Virus record (IMG/VR): IMGVR_UViG_3300032274_000010
Coordinates: 1-46,950 of that record
Reading direction: 5' to 3' (one strand)
From: a virus
Lineage: Duplodnaviria; Caudoviricetes
DNA length: 46,950 nt
Shown: positions 1-7,755 of the stretch, piece after piece
How positions within the stretch are numbered: the stretch's first letter is position 1
Layout: each line of letters begins with the position of its first letter
Position numbers and translations under genes: made by a program
Notes under the pieces: generated by a model
The model's database searches: none
What the model was told of the DNA's origin: nothing
Seen by the model: the letters and a program-made list of their open reading frames with translations, nothing else

Positions 1-127
1 CTTGAAACCCCGTCGCCCGTGGACGTGCGGTCCTCAAACAAGATTTCCGCAAAATCGCCATTTGACGGGCTCGCAATTACGTTCCTTATATTCACACTCG
101 GCCAGCCCTCGCTAAGGGCCTGATCCG
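1..127. repeat. Terminal direct repeat, copy 1 (circular overlap)
   Basis: 1-127 is identical to 46824-46950, and a reading frame runs through the junction. Confidence 0.97.
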
Positions 128-902
128 ACTTTGTCAGGGTATAGGACCCGATATTATAAGCTTCCCAAGCATCGGGCAGATAGGACCAAGTTACGTCCGT
201 CCCCTCGCAACGTGGATTTTTAATCCGGTTTGTGACGGCGTCCTCCAACAAAAGTCCGTAGTCAGTCTCCCGCGCAATTCCGGAGGCAAACTCCGTTAAT
301 GTCCCGACCGCTGTCCCGTTTTGTGATCCCCAATTGTCATTCCACCCCTTCGACGCGCGGGCAATCGAAACCCCGGCAAGGGATGCAAGGGCCGTAACGT
401 CAACGCCCGCCGATCTGTAAAGTTGATTCACAAAATCCAGATAAAGGGAGGCCTCAACCGCCTTAAAGGTATCAAGGCCGCTTGCAAAAATGACAGGCCC
501 CGTCGACTCGGCTGTCAACGCCTTTGTTGCGCCCTGTCCGGCGTCGCCCCCCATTTCGGAAGTCGTGATTTTGAAATTTCCGGTGAATGTGCCGACGCCG
601 AGGATTGTCAGGCAAAGGGCTTGAACGCGCGCCGTCCCGGCGGCGGCCATTTGATTCGCGACAATTGCGTCGAATTGCGTGTCGTCGTTCAAAATGCCCC
701 GGCCTTGGATCGCGACAGATCGCGGCGGTTCGCCGTCGTCCAACAGTTCGCGCCAACCCCCGGACTCTTTGCTCGTCTGATCAATGACCGAGTCGTTAAT
801 GCGAACAGACGCGCCGATCAGTCCCGTAATCGTGTTATAAGTCCCCGCATAGGTCGAGTCTTCGCGACCGATTAGGACAAAGCTTCCGCCGGTTCCTGCC
901 AT
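1..902 (-). CDS. Tail-tube paralog fused to fibre/spike-like domain, 5' part (continues at 46823 to 45995; about 576 aa in total)
   Basis: Hand translation from ATG 902 gives MAGTGGSFVLIGREDSTYAGTYNTITGLIGASVRINDSVIDQTSKESGGWRELLDDGEPPRSVAIQGRGILN...GGDAGQGATKALTAESTGPVIFAS, which aligns with the 44857-45291 protein. The frame stays open through SLYLDFVNQLY...GLLLEDAVTNRIKNP into ORF 45995-46918. Missing from the ORF track. Confidence 0.9.
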   Translation of the reverse strand, partial: MAGTGGSFVLIGREDSTYAGTYNTITGLIGASVRINDSVIDQTSKESGGWRELLDDGEPPRSVAIQGRGILNDDTQFDAIVANQMAAAGTARVQALCLTILGVGTFTGNFKITTSEMGGDAGQGATKALTAESTGPVIFASGLDTFKAVEASLYLDFVNQLYRSAGVDVTALASLAGVSIARASKGWNDNWGSQNGTAVGTLTEFASGIARETDYGLLLEDAVTNRIKNPRCEGTDVTWSYLPDAWEAYNIGSYTLTKSDQALSEGWPSVNIRNVIASPSNGDFAEILFEDRTSTGDGVS

Positions 903-904
903 GA

Positions 905-1354
905 TTAGTTATCCTTCTCGAACTTTGCCGTGACCGTGACGAGTCGCCCGTCAAGGGTTGAGTCGGTCGGCGTGATAATAGGCCCGGACGCCGTAACATT
1001 GAAGGACCGCCATGTCTCGCCGTTGACCGTGATCTCAAACGGCGTCCGATGCAAGACATAACGGACACGCTCGGCAACGTCCTCAATCGTCGAGGTCCGC
1101 TTATTATAGGCCCGGCAATAGCCAACAACTTGGATTTCTGCCGATACGCCCCGCGCGAAAAAATACTCCCCGTCCGGGTCCGCCGCGCTGTTGCCTTCCA
1201 GCGCAATAAAGACGCCCGGCGCGACCTTGTGATCGAATCCGGACGGGACGGGCAGGCGGGGGAAAATCGCCGGGTTGCCGCCGTGTGTCGATAGCAGGGC
1301 CGTTAGCGTTGCGTCGGCCCGCAACACGGCCTCAATTGCTTTCGCGAAATTCAT
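905..1354 (-). CDS. Tail completion/terminator protein (DUF3168-like)
   Basis: Lies between neck and tail-tube genes; AVLRADATLTALL N-terminus; ATGA overlap with the upstream gene. Confidence 0.7.
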   Translation of the reverse strand: MNFAKAIEAVLRADATLTALLSTHGGNPAIFPRLPVPSGFDHKVAPGVFIALEGNSAADPDGEYFFARGVSAEIQVVGYCRAYNKRTSTIEDVAERVRYVLHRTPFEITVNGETWRSFNVTASGPIITPTDSTLDGRLVTVTAKFEKDN

Positions 1355-1770
1355 TTGCCGCCCCGCTTCCATGCGTTACGGATCAAAATCCGATATTGCT
1401 CCCGACGCCGCCGGACGCCGGGGCGAAGGAACGGTCGGGGGGCCTGCCGTATTGTCCGGCCTGCCGCGTCTGTTCCGTAAAATCCCAACTCCAACCGGCG
1501 CGCATATTTCACATTCGTTCCGATCTTAACAATCCGGCGACCGGGCAGGCGTTCAAGTTTGTGCGTTATTGATTGGAAAAGTCGGGCGGATACCTTTTTC
1601 GGCGGTTCGCCGGGGGCCGAGGGATTCTTTCCGTCCGCGTTGCCGCGATTGATCAGATTCTTGACTGATCCGACAGCCAACAGGCCCGCGCGGTTCATGC
1701 CGCGATCTAGCGCGGCGACTTGGCGGCGGAAGATTGCGCGCCCGCCTGCTCCTGATCTTATGACTCGCAT
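1351..1770 (-). CDS. HK97 gp10-like neck protein
   Basis: PSAPGEPP...L.QSI...IGTNVKYARRLELG...APRPFLRP motifs; start taken at MRVIRS. Confidence 0.8.
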   Translation of the reverse strand: MRVIRSGAGGRAIFRRQVAALDRGMNRAGLLAVGSVKNLINRGNADGKNPSAPGEPPKKVSARLFQSITHKLERLPGRRIVKIGTNVKYARRLELGFYGTDAAGRTIRQAPRPFLRPGVRRRREQYRILIRNAWKRGGK

Positions 1771-1780
1771 AACGCCGCCC

Positions 1781-2131
1781 CTATATCGCAAGACCCGGCG
1801 ACGCCGTGCCGGTTTGCAAGTGATCCGCAAGACATTCTTTCCGGCGTCCCGACGACGTTTTCCGGACCGCGACGATCCGGACTTCCTGATCGTTGCCCGT
1901 GACAATGTCCCCGATCCGTATATCTGCCCCGCTGTCGCATGAAAAGCGATGTGTCACCCGTCCAAGGGTCAACGCGGCCTCCGACGCCTGTCGGGCGGAT
2001 ACGGGGGACAGGCGGCCCCATATCGACGCGGGGGCGGGGTCGGCGTCCGACTCGAAGAACCTGTCGTCGGAATCGTATCCGTCCGCCTCCTCGCGTGTGA
2101 CGCTGAACAGTATGTTGAAAAGCCCGGCCAT
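1781..2131 (-). CDS. Head closure/stopper protein
   Basis: Size, synteny, THRF...DIRIGDIV motif; TAATG coupling to the adaptor gene. Confidence 0.7.
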   Translation of the reverse strand: MAGLFNILFSVTREEADGYDSDDRFFESDADPAPASIWGRLSPVSARQASEAALTLGRVTHRFSCDSGADIRIGDIVTGNDQEVRIVAVRKTSSGRRKECLADHLQTGTASPGLAI

Positions 2132-2721
2132 TAGATCGGGCAATCGAAGCGGTGTTTGTCGAGGATCGCGGCGGTCCCCGGCGGCAGGCCGGACACGTCG
2201 AACGCGCCCGTGTCCACTCGATAGCTATAGTCTCCGTCTTTCTCGCCCGCGATCCCCGGATCAGGACGATTGAATCGCCCGGCGGCCATTTGCAGGGCGG
2301 CGAGCGTTACGTCTGCCGGGGCGGTCGCTGTCCCGCCCGTATATTGGACACGATAGCGGCGGCGGCCCTTGCCCCATTCTAACCGGCCTTCGTTGTTTGT
2401 GAATCCTAGAGTCGTGACAGGGGCGGACAAGTAGATCATGCCCGTTGCGGGCCGATAGTCATAGTCCGCCGCCGGGATCAACGCGCTACTGTTTTCCTCG
2501 TCTGTAATCGACGCAATCGCCGTGACGGGCGCAAACGACACGGGCAAAAACTCCCCGCCGCCGTCGATATATTCGTCGCGGGCCGCCGATTCAAACTCCC
2601 GCCCGGTATATGACTCAATGAAGGAGTCAACGCCCGCAATGATCAAGGCGATCTTGTCGTCGTAATCAGTCCCGACGATTCCGAGATAGTTTTTCAACTG
2701 TGTGTCTGTCAAAATCGCCAT
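2131..2721 (-). CDS. Head-tail adaptor (gp6/gp15-like)
   Basis: LKNYLGI...DD.I..II...IESYTGR.F; YTGG...PADV.LA; E.DGDYSY. Confidence 0.85.
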   Translation of the reverse strand: MAILTDTQLKNYLGIVGTDYDDKIALIIAGVDSFIESYTGREFESAARDEYIDGGGEFLPVSFAPVTAIASITDEENSSALIPAADYDYRPATGMIYLSAPVTTLGFTNNEGRLEWGKGRRRYRVQYTGGTATAPADVTLAALQMAAGRFNRPDPGIAGEKDGDYSYRVDTGAFDVSGLPPGTAAILDKHRFDCPI

Positions 2722-2731
2722 AGACGGCCTC

Positions 2732-2875
2732 CTAGCGCCGTTTCGGTTTCCCGGTCCTGATCATGCGATCCGGGCCGTCTTCGCCGCTGTCGCCCGTCTG
2801 TCGCGACGGGGCGGGCCGTTTGCGGGCGACGCGGTCGGGAAAAGGTCGGCTCCCTGATTTAATCGCCCGCGCCAT
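2732..2875 (-). CDS. Small basic protein, 47 aa (below the ORF-track cut-off)
   Basis: MARAIKSGSRPFPDRVARKRPAPSRQTGDSGEDGPDRMIRTGKPKRR; TAATG coupling upstream; fills the gap before the adaptor RBS. Confidence 0.6.
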   Translation of the reverse strand: MARAIKSGSRPFPDRVARKRPAPSRQTGDSGEDGPDRMIRTGKPKRR

Positions 2876-3399
2876 TACGAGTCCGACTTTTTGGCGGCCT
2901 CGGCGGCGGCTTTTTCTGCCTCGGCGGCTTTTTCTGCCTCGGCGGCGGCGACAATCGCGTCCGCAAGGTCGGCCTCGCTGATCCCGGCGGCGGCGGCAAC
3001 GTCGGCGAGGATCGTCGCCGTCTTGCTGTTGCCCTGATACCGGACGCCCGACTCTTTCGCTAGAGCCATGAGATCCGCGCGGGACAGGCCGACAAGGGCG
3101 GCAACGTCAAGATCAGACAAGGGCGACTTGGCGGCGGTTGCGGTGTCGTCGGGGAAGATCACGTCGCGCGGGATCGTTTTGCCGTCCACGTCGAGCAAGT
3201 TGAAATATCCGTCTTTGACGTATCCCAACGCCTTGGACTTTTCAAACCCGCAAACCTCGCCGGGGTTGTTTTTGCCTAATACGACGTTAGGGATTCCGGC
3301 CAATGTCACAATTTTGTGCGGGCCGTTGATCGTCACGCGGCCTTGCGCGATCTGATTGCCAAACTTGACCCCCGCGCCTTTGATATTTTTGTCTTTCAT
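2875..3399 (-). CDS. Head-associated protein with Rho-N/HeH-like C-terminal motif and AEAEKA repeats
   Basis: LSRADLMALAKESGV...K..IL; GGAG RBS; 18-bp tandem repeat near 2908-2943. Confidence 0.6.
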   Translation of the reverse strand: MKDKNIKGAGVKFGNQIAQGRVTINGPHKIVTLAGIPNVVLGKNNPGEVCGFEKSKALGYVKDGYFNLLDVDGKTIPRDVIFPDDTATAAKSPLSDLDVAALVGLSRADLMALAKESGVRYQGNSKTATILADVAAAAGISEADLADAIVAAAEAEKAAEAEKAAAEAAKKSDS

Positions 3400-3445
3400 C
3401 TAAGCGACTCCTGTTAATGATCGGGGGAGGATATACGCGGACGGG

Positions 3446-3484
3446 GAAAAGAAAAAGCCCCGGACGGTTTTGTCGTCCGGGGCG
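3446..3484 (-). terminator. Intrinsic terminator
   Basis: GCCCCGGACGAC-AAAA-CCGTCCGGGGC followed by TTTTTCTTTT on the minus strand. Confidence 0.75.
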
Positions 3485-3554
3485 GGGCTGTGTCGGGTCG
3501 GAGGGGGATCAGACCCGCCGCGATCATAGCACGGGCAAAAAGCCCGCGCGAGTA

Positions 3555-3917
3555 TTAGGCCGCCCCCTCCGTTTGATAGCAGACTAACTCCCATTCTGAT
3601 CGAAATTCCTGCACGGCTTCAACGCGCGCCCGGTCCCCGTAATAGCGGGGCGAGTCATAGGCGGCGAGGATCATTGAGCGAGTCACGGCCCGCAACTCCG
3701 CGTTTTCGTCCCCCGACGGCATAATCGCCATTAGTTCCGACATACGCGCCCCGATCTGTCGGGTCTCCATGATTAAGCCCGCAAGTTCGCCAATTGACGG
3801 GCAAAGCGACTCCGCCTGATTCTGTGATTGATTGAAGTCCCCCGCCGGGGGCGTGATCGCTGCCGCCGATCCTGCCAAGGCAAGGGCGGCTAGGGCTGTT
3901 GTCAAAATAGTTTTCAT
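3555..3917 (-). CDS. Exported protein with signal peptide
   Basis: MKTILTTALAALALAGSAAA signal peptide with AAGGA RBS; the longer 4208 ORF overlaps the upstream gene. Confidence 0.75.
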   Translation of the reverse strand: MKTILTTALAALALAGSAAAITPPAGDFNQSQNQAESLCPSIGELAGLIMETRQIGARMSELMAIMPSGDENAELRAVTRSMILAAYDSPRYYGDRARVEAVQEFRSEWELVCYQTEGAA

Positions 3918-3957
3918 TTCTGATTCCTTTTCATGTTTTCGGTTGCTGTCGGTTGTC

Positions 3958-4356
3958 TCAATCCTGATCGTCGTCGTCCTCCTCCGGTCCGTAACTGTCC
4001 AAAAATTCTTGTTCGTTTTCATAGACGGGCGCGTCGTAATCCATGCGGCCCGCGATCTTGTCTTGCTCGTCCTCTGGCAAATGCTCAAACGGGACGTTGC
4101 CCGATCCATGCCGCAAGTATAGCAACAAGGCCCCGGCGCAATGTTGAGTCGTCCCGTCACCATCAAAGCCATAACCCCCGACGCCGTCCGGGGCCTCGTC
4201 CTCGTCAATATGTTCCGCCGACAGGTGACAGGGGAATCCGTTGCGATATGCCGACAACTCGATTTCCTCCGCCCTTGCCCGGTTATAAAATCGGATCGCG
4301 GTCGCGTCGGATCGGAACGGGCAATTCTTGCAAGGCGTCTTTAGATCGAACTTCAT
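3958..4356 (-). CDS. Cys/His-rich protein (DUF6283-like)
   Basis: PCKNCPFR...FPCH...HCAGA pattern; ATGA coupling. Confidence 0.6.
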   Translation of the reverse strand: MKFDLKTPCKNCPFRSDATAIRFYNRARAEEIELSAYRNGFPCHLSAEHIDEDEAPDGVGGYGFDGDGTTQHCAGALLLYLRHGSGNVPFEHLPEDEQDKIAGRMDYDAPVYENEQEFLDSYGPEEDDDDQD

Positions 4357-4610
4357 AACCCTGCCGCCCGTAACTTGGCGGCGGCCTTGTCCTGATATGC
4401 GCGCAACCCGGCAACAATCCCGGCGATTGTCGTCGCGACGCCTTCGCCCGCGCGAGTCCGGTATAGGATCGGCCCGCTTGTCGATCCATATCGGACGACC
4501 GCGCCGTCGGACATTGTGCGGACAAAATGCCCGGCGGCGTCCGGGGTCTTGGCCGAGCCGATATAGTCCCCGGCGGGGGTGATCAGTTTGAACTTGGGTG
4601 AAATTGCCAT
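4353..4610 (-). CDS. Hypothetical protein
   Basis: Strong GGAAAGGAAA RBS. Confidence 0.7.
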   Translation of the reverse strand: MAISPKFKLITPAGDYIGSAKTPDAAGHFVRTMSDGAVVRYGSTSGPILYRTRAGEGVATTIAGIVAGLRAYQDKAAAKLRAAGL

Positions 4611-4665
4611 TGCGTTTCCTTTCCTGTCAGCATGGCGGCGGGGGCATTTGCGCCCCCTTGGGCCT

Positions 4666-5277
4666 CTAGTCGCGATATGTCACGCGGTATCCTTGCGAGT
4701 ATCCGTCGCGACGTTGGCGCACGTCGCGCTTTCCGGCGGCCTTCAACTCCTCACAACGGGCAAACGCGGCCCGGTATCCCTTGACGTATTCACGGCGCAA
4801 CGGGGCCTCCGTTTCGCGGGCTTGCAGCGGTTGGCCGTGGACCGTCTCGCGGAGGCCGTCTAATACGTCCGCGTCACTCCGGGCTTGAGCAGCGATGCTC
4901 TGCAATCCCCGCTTAAACATTACGACGCCCCGATCCCAATCGCGGTAAACGTCGCCCGCTTCATATTGCTCGCGGTCCAAAAAGACCGTTTCGACAATCG
5001 TCGGATCAGGATAGTTGCGAGTCCGTTTTTGGACCGGGAGCGCCTTGGGATCGACAAGGGCCTCGGCGTCTTTTTTGTCTGCAAATTCGCGGAGGCGTTG
5101 GACATGCGTCCGGTTAAGGTCGTCCGCCAGTTCTAACGGGGCGTTGTCCGATCCGGGGCAAATGCCCTCAAAGAATCCATAACGAGTCGTATATCCGTGT
5201 TTTGCAATCCCGTTGCCGCTGTATGCGTGAGTCGCCCCGCAACATTGGCACGTTCCGTTTTCGGTTGCCTTTTTCAT
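4666..5277 (-). CDS. Hypothetical protein with N-terminal zinc-binding motif
   Basis: GTCQCCG...HGY...CPGS; start MKKATE follows the conserved leader. Confidence 0.75.
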   Translation of the reverse strand: MKKATENGTCQCCGATHAYSGNGIAKHGYTTRYGFFEGICPGSDNAPLELADDLNRTHVQRLREFADKKDAEALVDPKALPVQKRTRNYPDPTIVETVFLDREQYEAGDVYRDWDRGVVMFKRGLQSIAAQARSDADVLDGLRETVHGQPLQARETEAPLRREYVKGYRAAFARCEELKAAGKRDVRQRRDGYSQGYRVTYRD

Positions 5278-5336
5278 GATCAGTTCCTTTCCGTTGATCC
5301 GATTGGCAGACCATAGACCCGGATCAGGGGGGACAG

Positions 5337-5367
5337 TAGCGGGACTATGATCGCCCGCGTCCCCCTC
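5337..5367 (-). promoter_or_regulatory. Gapped palindrome copy A
   Basis: GAGGGGGAC-gcgggcgatcata-GTCCCGCTA, 60 nt upstream of ATG 5277. Confidence 0.85.
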
Positions 5368-5453
5368 TAAAATGGCAACGCCCGCCGACGGGACGAGCAT
5401 CGGCGGGCGTCTATTGGCGGGCCGGACGGGTCAAGACCTGCCCGCCTGTCCTA

Positions 5454-5735
5454 TCAGTCCCCGCCGTCGGGCGGTTGCAAGGCTTCGTATTTTGCCAACA
5501 GGTCAGAAGCCCTTTCATGCCGCGCCGACGCGCGGTCCGCGACGGCCTGTTGCTCTCTTAGAAGCCAATCTCGGGCGTCCTGCCATGTGTCGAAATAGCA
5601 TGTCGATTTCCCGACCTTTTTGTCGCGGGTCTTAAACCCGGCCCGGCGAACTAAAGTCGCTGTCTCCTCGGCAATCTCAACCCGCTCAATCGGGTCGCGC
5701 GTCAATCCGGGCGTTGTCCGGTATTTGTGCGCCAT
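5454..5735 (-). CDS. Hypothetical protein
   Basis: TAATG coupling to the upstream gene; GGAG RBS. Confidence 0.7.
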   Translation of the reverse strand: MAHKYRTTPGLTRDPIERVEIAEETATLVRRAGFKTRDKKVGKSTCYFDTWQDARDWLLREQQAVADRASARHERASDLLAKYEALQPPDGGD

Positions 5736-6241
5736 TAGTCCGGCTCCTCCGGAATGCCATCGGTCGGCTCATTGCCCGCCGTCGCGTCTGGCAGGATCGC
5801 AAAGGGCGCGCCCGCCGCCATGTCGTTCGCCTGATCCACGGCCTGCCCCCCCAAGGCGTCAAGTTCGGCCTGATCGAACCCCTCGCCCCGCAACGCCGAC
5901 TCGGTCGGCATGTCGCCAAGACGGAAGGCAAGACGGATTATTGCTTCCGCTAGGTCGCCGATCCGGGTTTTCTGATAGTCGGCCTCCGCCGCCTCCGCTT
6001 GCGCGAGCGCGCTATCCAACGCCGCCCCAAACGTCGCCCCGAGTCCTTCAACTTTTGACGTTGCCCCGCCTGTAATCCCGCGCGGCCAATAAGTCACCTC
6101 GCAGATCAAACCGTCGGCGACCCGCTTTTTCTTTTCGTCTGTATATGCCTTGTTCAGATCGAGCGACGCCGAAATCCATGCGTCCGGATTGTCCGTCCGG
6201 ATTGCGATCACACGCTCGCGGAATTGCATTATACCTTCCAT
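5735..6241 (-). CDS. Hypothetical protein
   Basis: Start MEGIMQ after GGAAAGGAA; the TTG at 6304 is a -35 box rather than a start. Confidence 0.7.
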   Translation of the reverse strand: MEGIMQFRERVIAIRTDNPDAWISASLDLNKAYTDEKKKRVADGLICEVTYWPRGITGGATSKVEGLGATFGAALDSALAQAEAAEADYQKTRIGDLAEAIIRLAFRLGDMPTESALRGEGFDQAELDALGGQAVDQANDMAAGAPFAILPDATAGNEPTDGIPEEPD

Positions 6242-6275
6242 CCCGATTCCTTTCCTGTTGGGATTAACGCGGCGG

Positions 6276-6310
6276 ACCGTAGGACCGGGGGGCCGCGCCG
6301 TCAAGTCCGG
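6276..6310 (-). promoter_or_regulatory. Sigma70-like promoter, GC-spacer class
   Basis: TTGACGGCGCGGCCCCCCGGTCCTACGGT; 26 bp match 26460-26485 with 1 mismatch. Confidence 0.7.
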
Positions 6311-6315
6311 ACAGC

Positions 6316-6343
6316 AAAAAGCCCCCGGCGCTAACCGGGGGCC
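6316..6343 (-). terminator. Intrinsic terminator
   Basis: GCCCCCGG-ttagcg-CCGGGGGC-TTTTT just after the 6350 stop. Confidence 0.8.
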
Positions 6344-6349
6344 GTCTGC

Positions 6350-6925
6350 TCAATGTAGTATGTGGACCGCTTGGACCTTTGCCCGCCGTCCGGGGGCGTC
6401 TTGGATATGACACGGGCCGCCGGACTTTGTGTCCACAAACTGCCCGCCCCTAACGGCGATCCAATGCCCCGTAACTTCGACGATCAGGGTTTCCTTGCGG
6501 AGCCTATCGGTCCGCATGTCGAGGAACTTGGCGAGGGTCCATTTGCCAGCCCCCGGCCATTTGACCTTGAGGCCGTATCCTGCCGGATCACGCAACGACG
6601 TGACAAACGGCGTCGCCCGATCTGCCGGGCGGTCGTGGATCAATAGGGGGTTCATATAAATGCCCCAACAGACAAACGCCCGCCGGACTTCATGAGTCCC
6701 TGTCCCCCGGATTTGATAGCGCCGACGGTGGCCCGTTGCGGCGGTATATTGGGACCGGACAGATCGGCCCGCCATGCGGCGGCCCTTCCTGATCGCTTCC
6801 TCAACCTTGCTGATCGCCGCCCCTGTGATCGACGCGATCACGGCGGGGCCGCAATAATAACCCCGGCCCGTATTGTTGCGGATCGGCTTCAAGGTCAATT
6901 CGGCAGGCTTGCTATAGATTGACAT
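6350..6925 (-). CDS. Moron protein, possible papain/C39-like cysteine peptidase fold
   Basis: YYCGPAVIA...GHWIAV...FVDT gives Cys-His-Asp order; AGGAG RBS; own AT-rich upstream region and terminator. Confidence 0.55.
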   Translation of the reverse strand: MSIYSKPAELTLKPIRNNTGRGYYCGPAVIASITGAAISKVEEAIRKGRRMAGRSVRSQYTAATGHRRRYQIRGTGTHEVRRAFVCWGIYMNPLLIHDRPADRATPFVTSLRDPAGYGLKVKWPGAGKWTLAKFLDMRTDRLRKETLIVEVTGHWIAVRGGQFVDTKSGGPCHIQDAPGRRAKVQAVHILH

Positions 6926-7167
6926 AACAATCTCCTTTCATAGAGTGTTATTCACGATTTCAAACAATCGTCACGGTTCCCCGCGACTTCAACAGTATAA
7001 CACAAGTCAACGCATAATGACAGAAGTTTAATACTTGATCGAATACGCTTTTTTACTTGTGACGGGTCAATAATCGGCGTTTTCTATATTGCAAAGCGGG
7101 GCCGCGATAGGGGCCGGGCGGATCTCGGAATCAAGTCGCCCCGGCGCGCCCGCCAATACCCGGCAAA

Positions 7168-7196
7168 CAAAAAGGGCGACCCGTTGGGGCCGCCCT
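7168..7196 (-). terminator. Terminator after capsid/decoration genes
   Basis: AGGGCGGCCCC-aac-GGGTCGCCCT-TTTTG. Confidence 0.7.
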
Positions 7197-7220
7197 GATC
7201 TTTGCGCTATCTGCCGCCGA

Positions 7221-7697
7221 CTAGGACGGTTGATAGGTTTCCACGATTGGCAGATCACGCGCGCCCGCAAACAAAGCAAGGGCGGCGAATGTGCAGGTAT
7301 CCGTTAAGCCTGCCGACATTGTGACAGTTATCTCGATTCGGACGTATTGCCGGGCGGTTGTCAGATCAACGCCGATCTGTCCGGCCCCGTTTTCGCCGTT
7401 CGTTGCATCTGTGACGGTCGCAATCGTTTCAGACGCGACAAGGTCGGCCCAAGAACTGCCGTCGGCAGAGTCTTCGATCTTGGCCGTAACAATCGCCGTT
7501 TCAGACGACGCGAGGGCGGCGTCCAAGGCGACAGCAAAGGCCAACGACTGAAAATCGTTTGCCAGTGAAGCGCGGTTAATAGTGAGGCCAGTTTGCGCGA
7601 CGGCGTCGGCCCCGCCCCCGGCAGTTACGACCGTGATCGCCGCCGCCGAAAGGGCATAAAGTGAGCCTTCGAGATCGCGTCCCAAGGAATGAGTCAT
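7221..7697 (-). CDS. Capsid decoration/cement protein (Bbp16-like)
   Basis: Directly follows the MCP; IEDSADGSSWADL...RQYVRI motif. Confidence 0.65.
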   Translation of the reverse strand: MTHSLGRDLEGSLYALSAAAITVVTAGGGADAVAQTGLTINRASLANDFQSLAFAVALDAALASSETAIVTAKIEDSADGSSWADLVASETIATVTDATNGENGAGQIGVDLTTARQYVRIEITVTMSAGLTDTCTFAALALFAGARDLPIVETYQPS

Positions 7698-7755
7698 TGC
7701 ATTTTTCCTTATGCTGCCGGGGCCTCCGCCCCGGCGTTAATTATTTGCGCGACCG

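Noticed and set aside
1-127. 127-bp terminal repeat as a biological DTR
   Set aside because: It falls mid-gene and its length equals a common assembler k-mer, so it is best read as a circular overlap.
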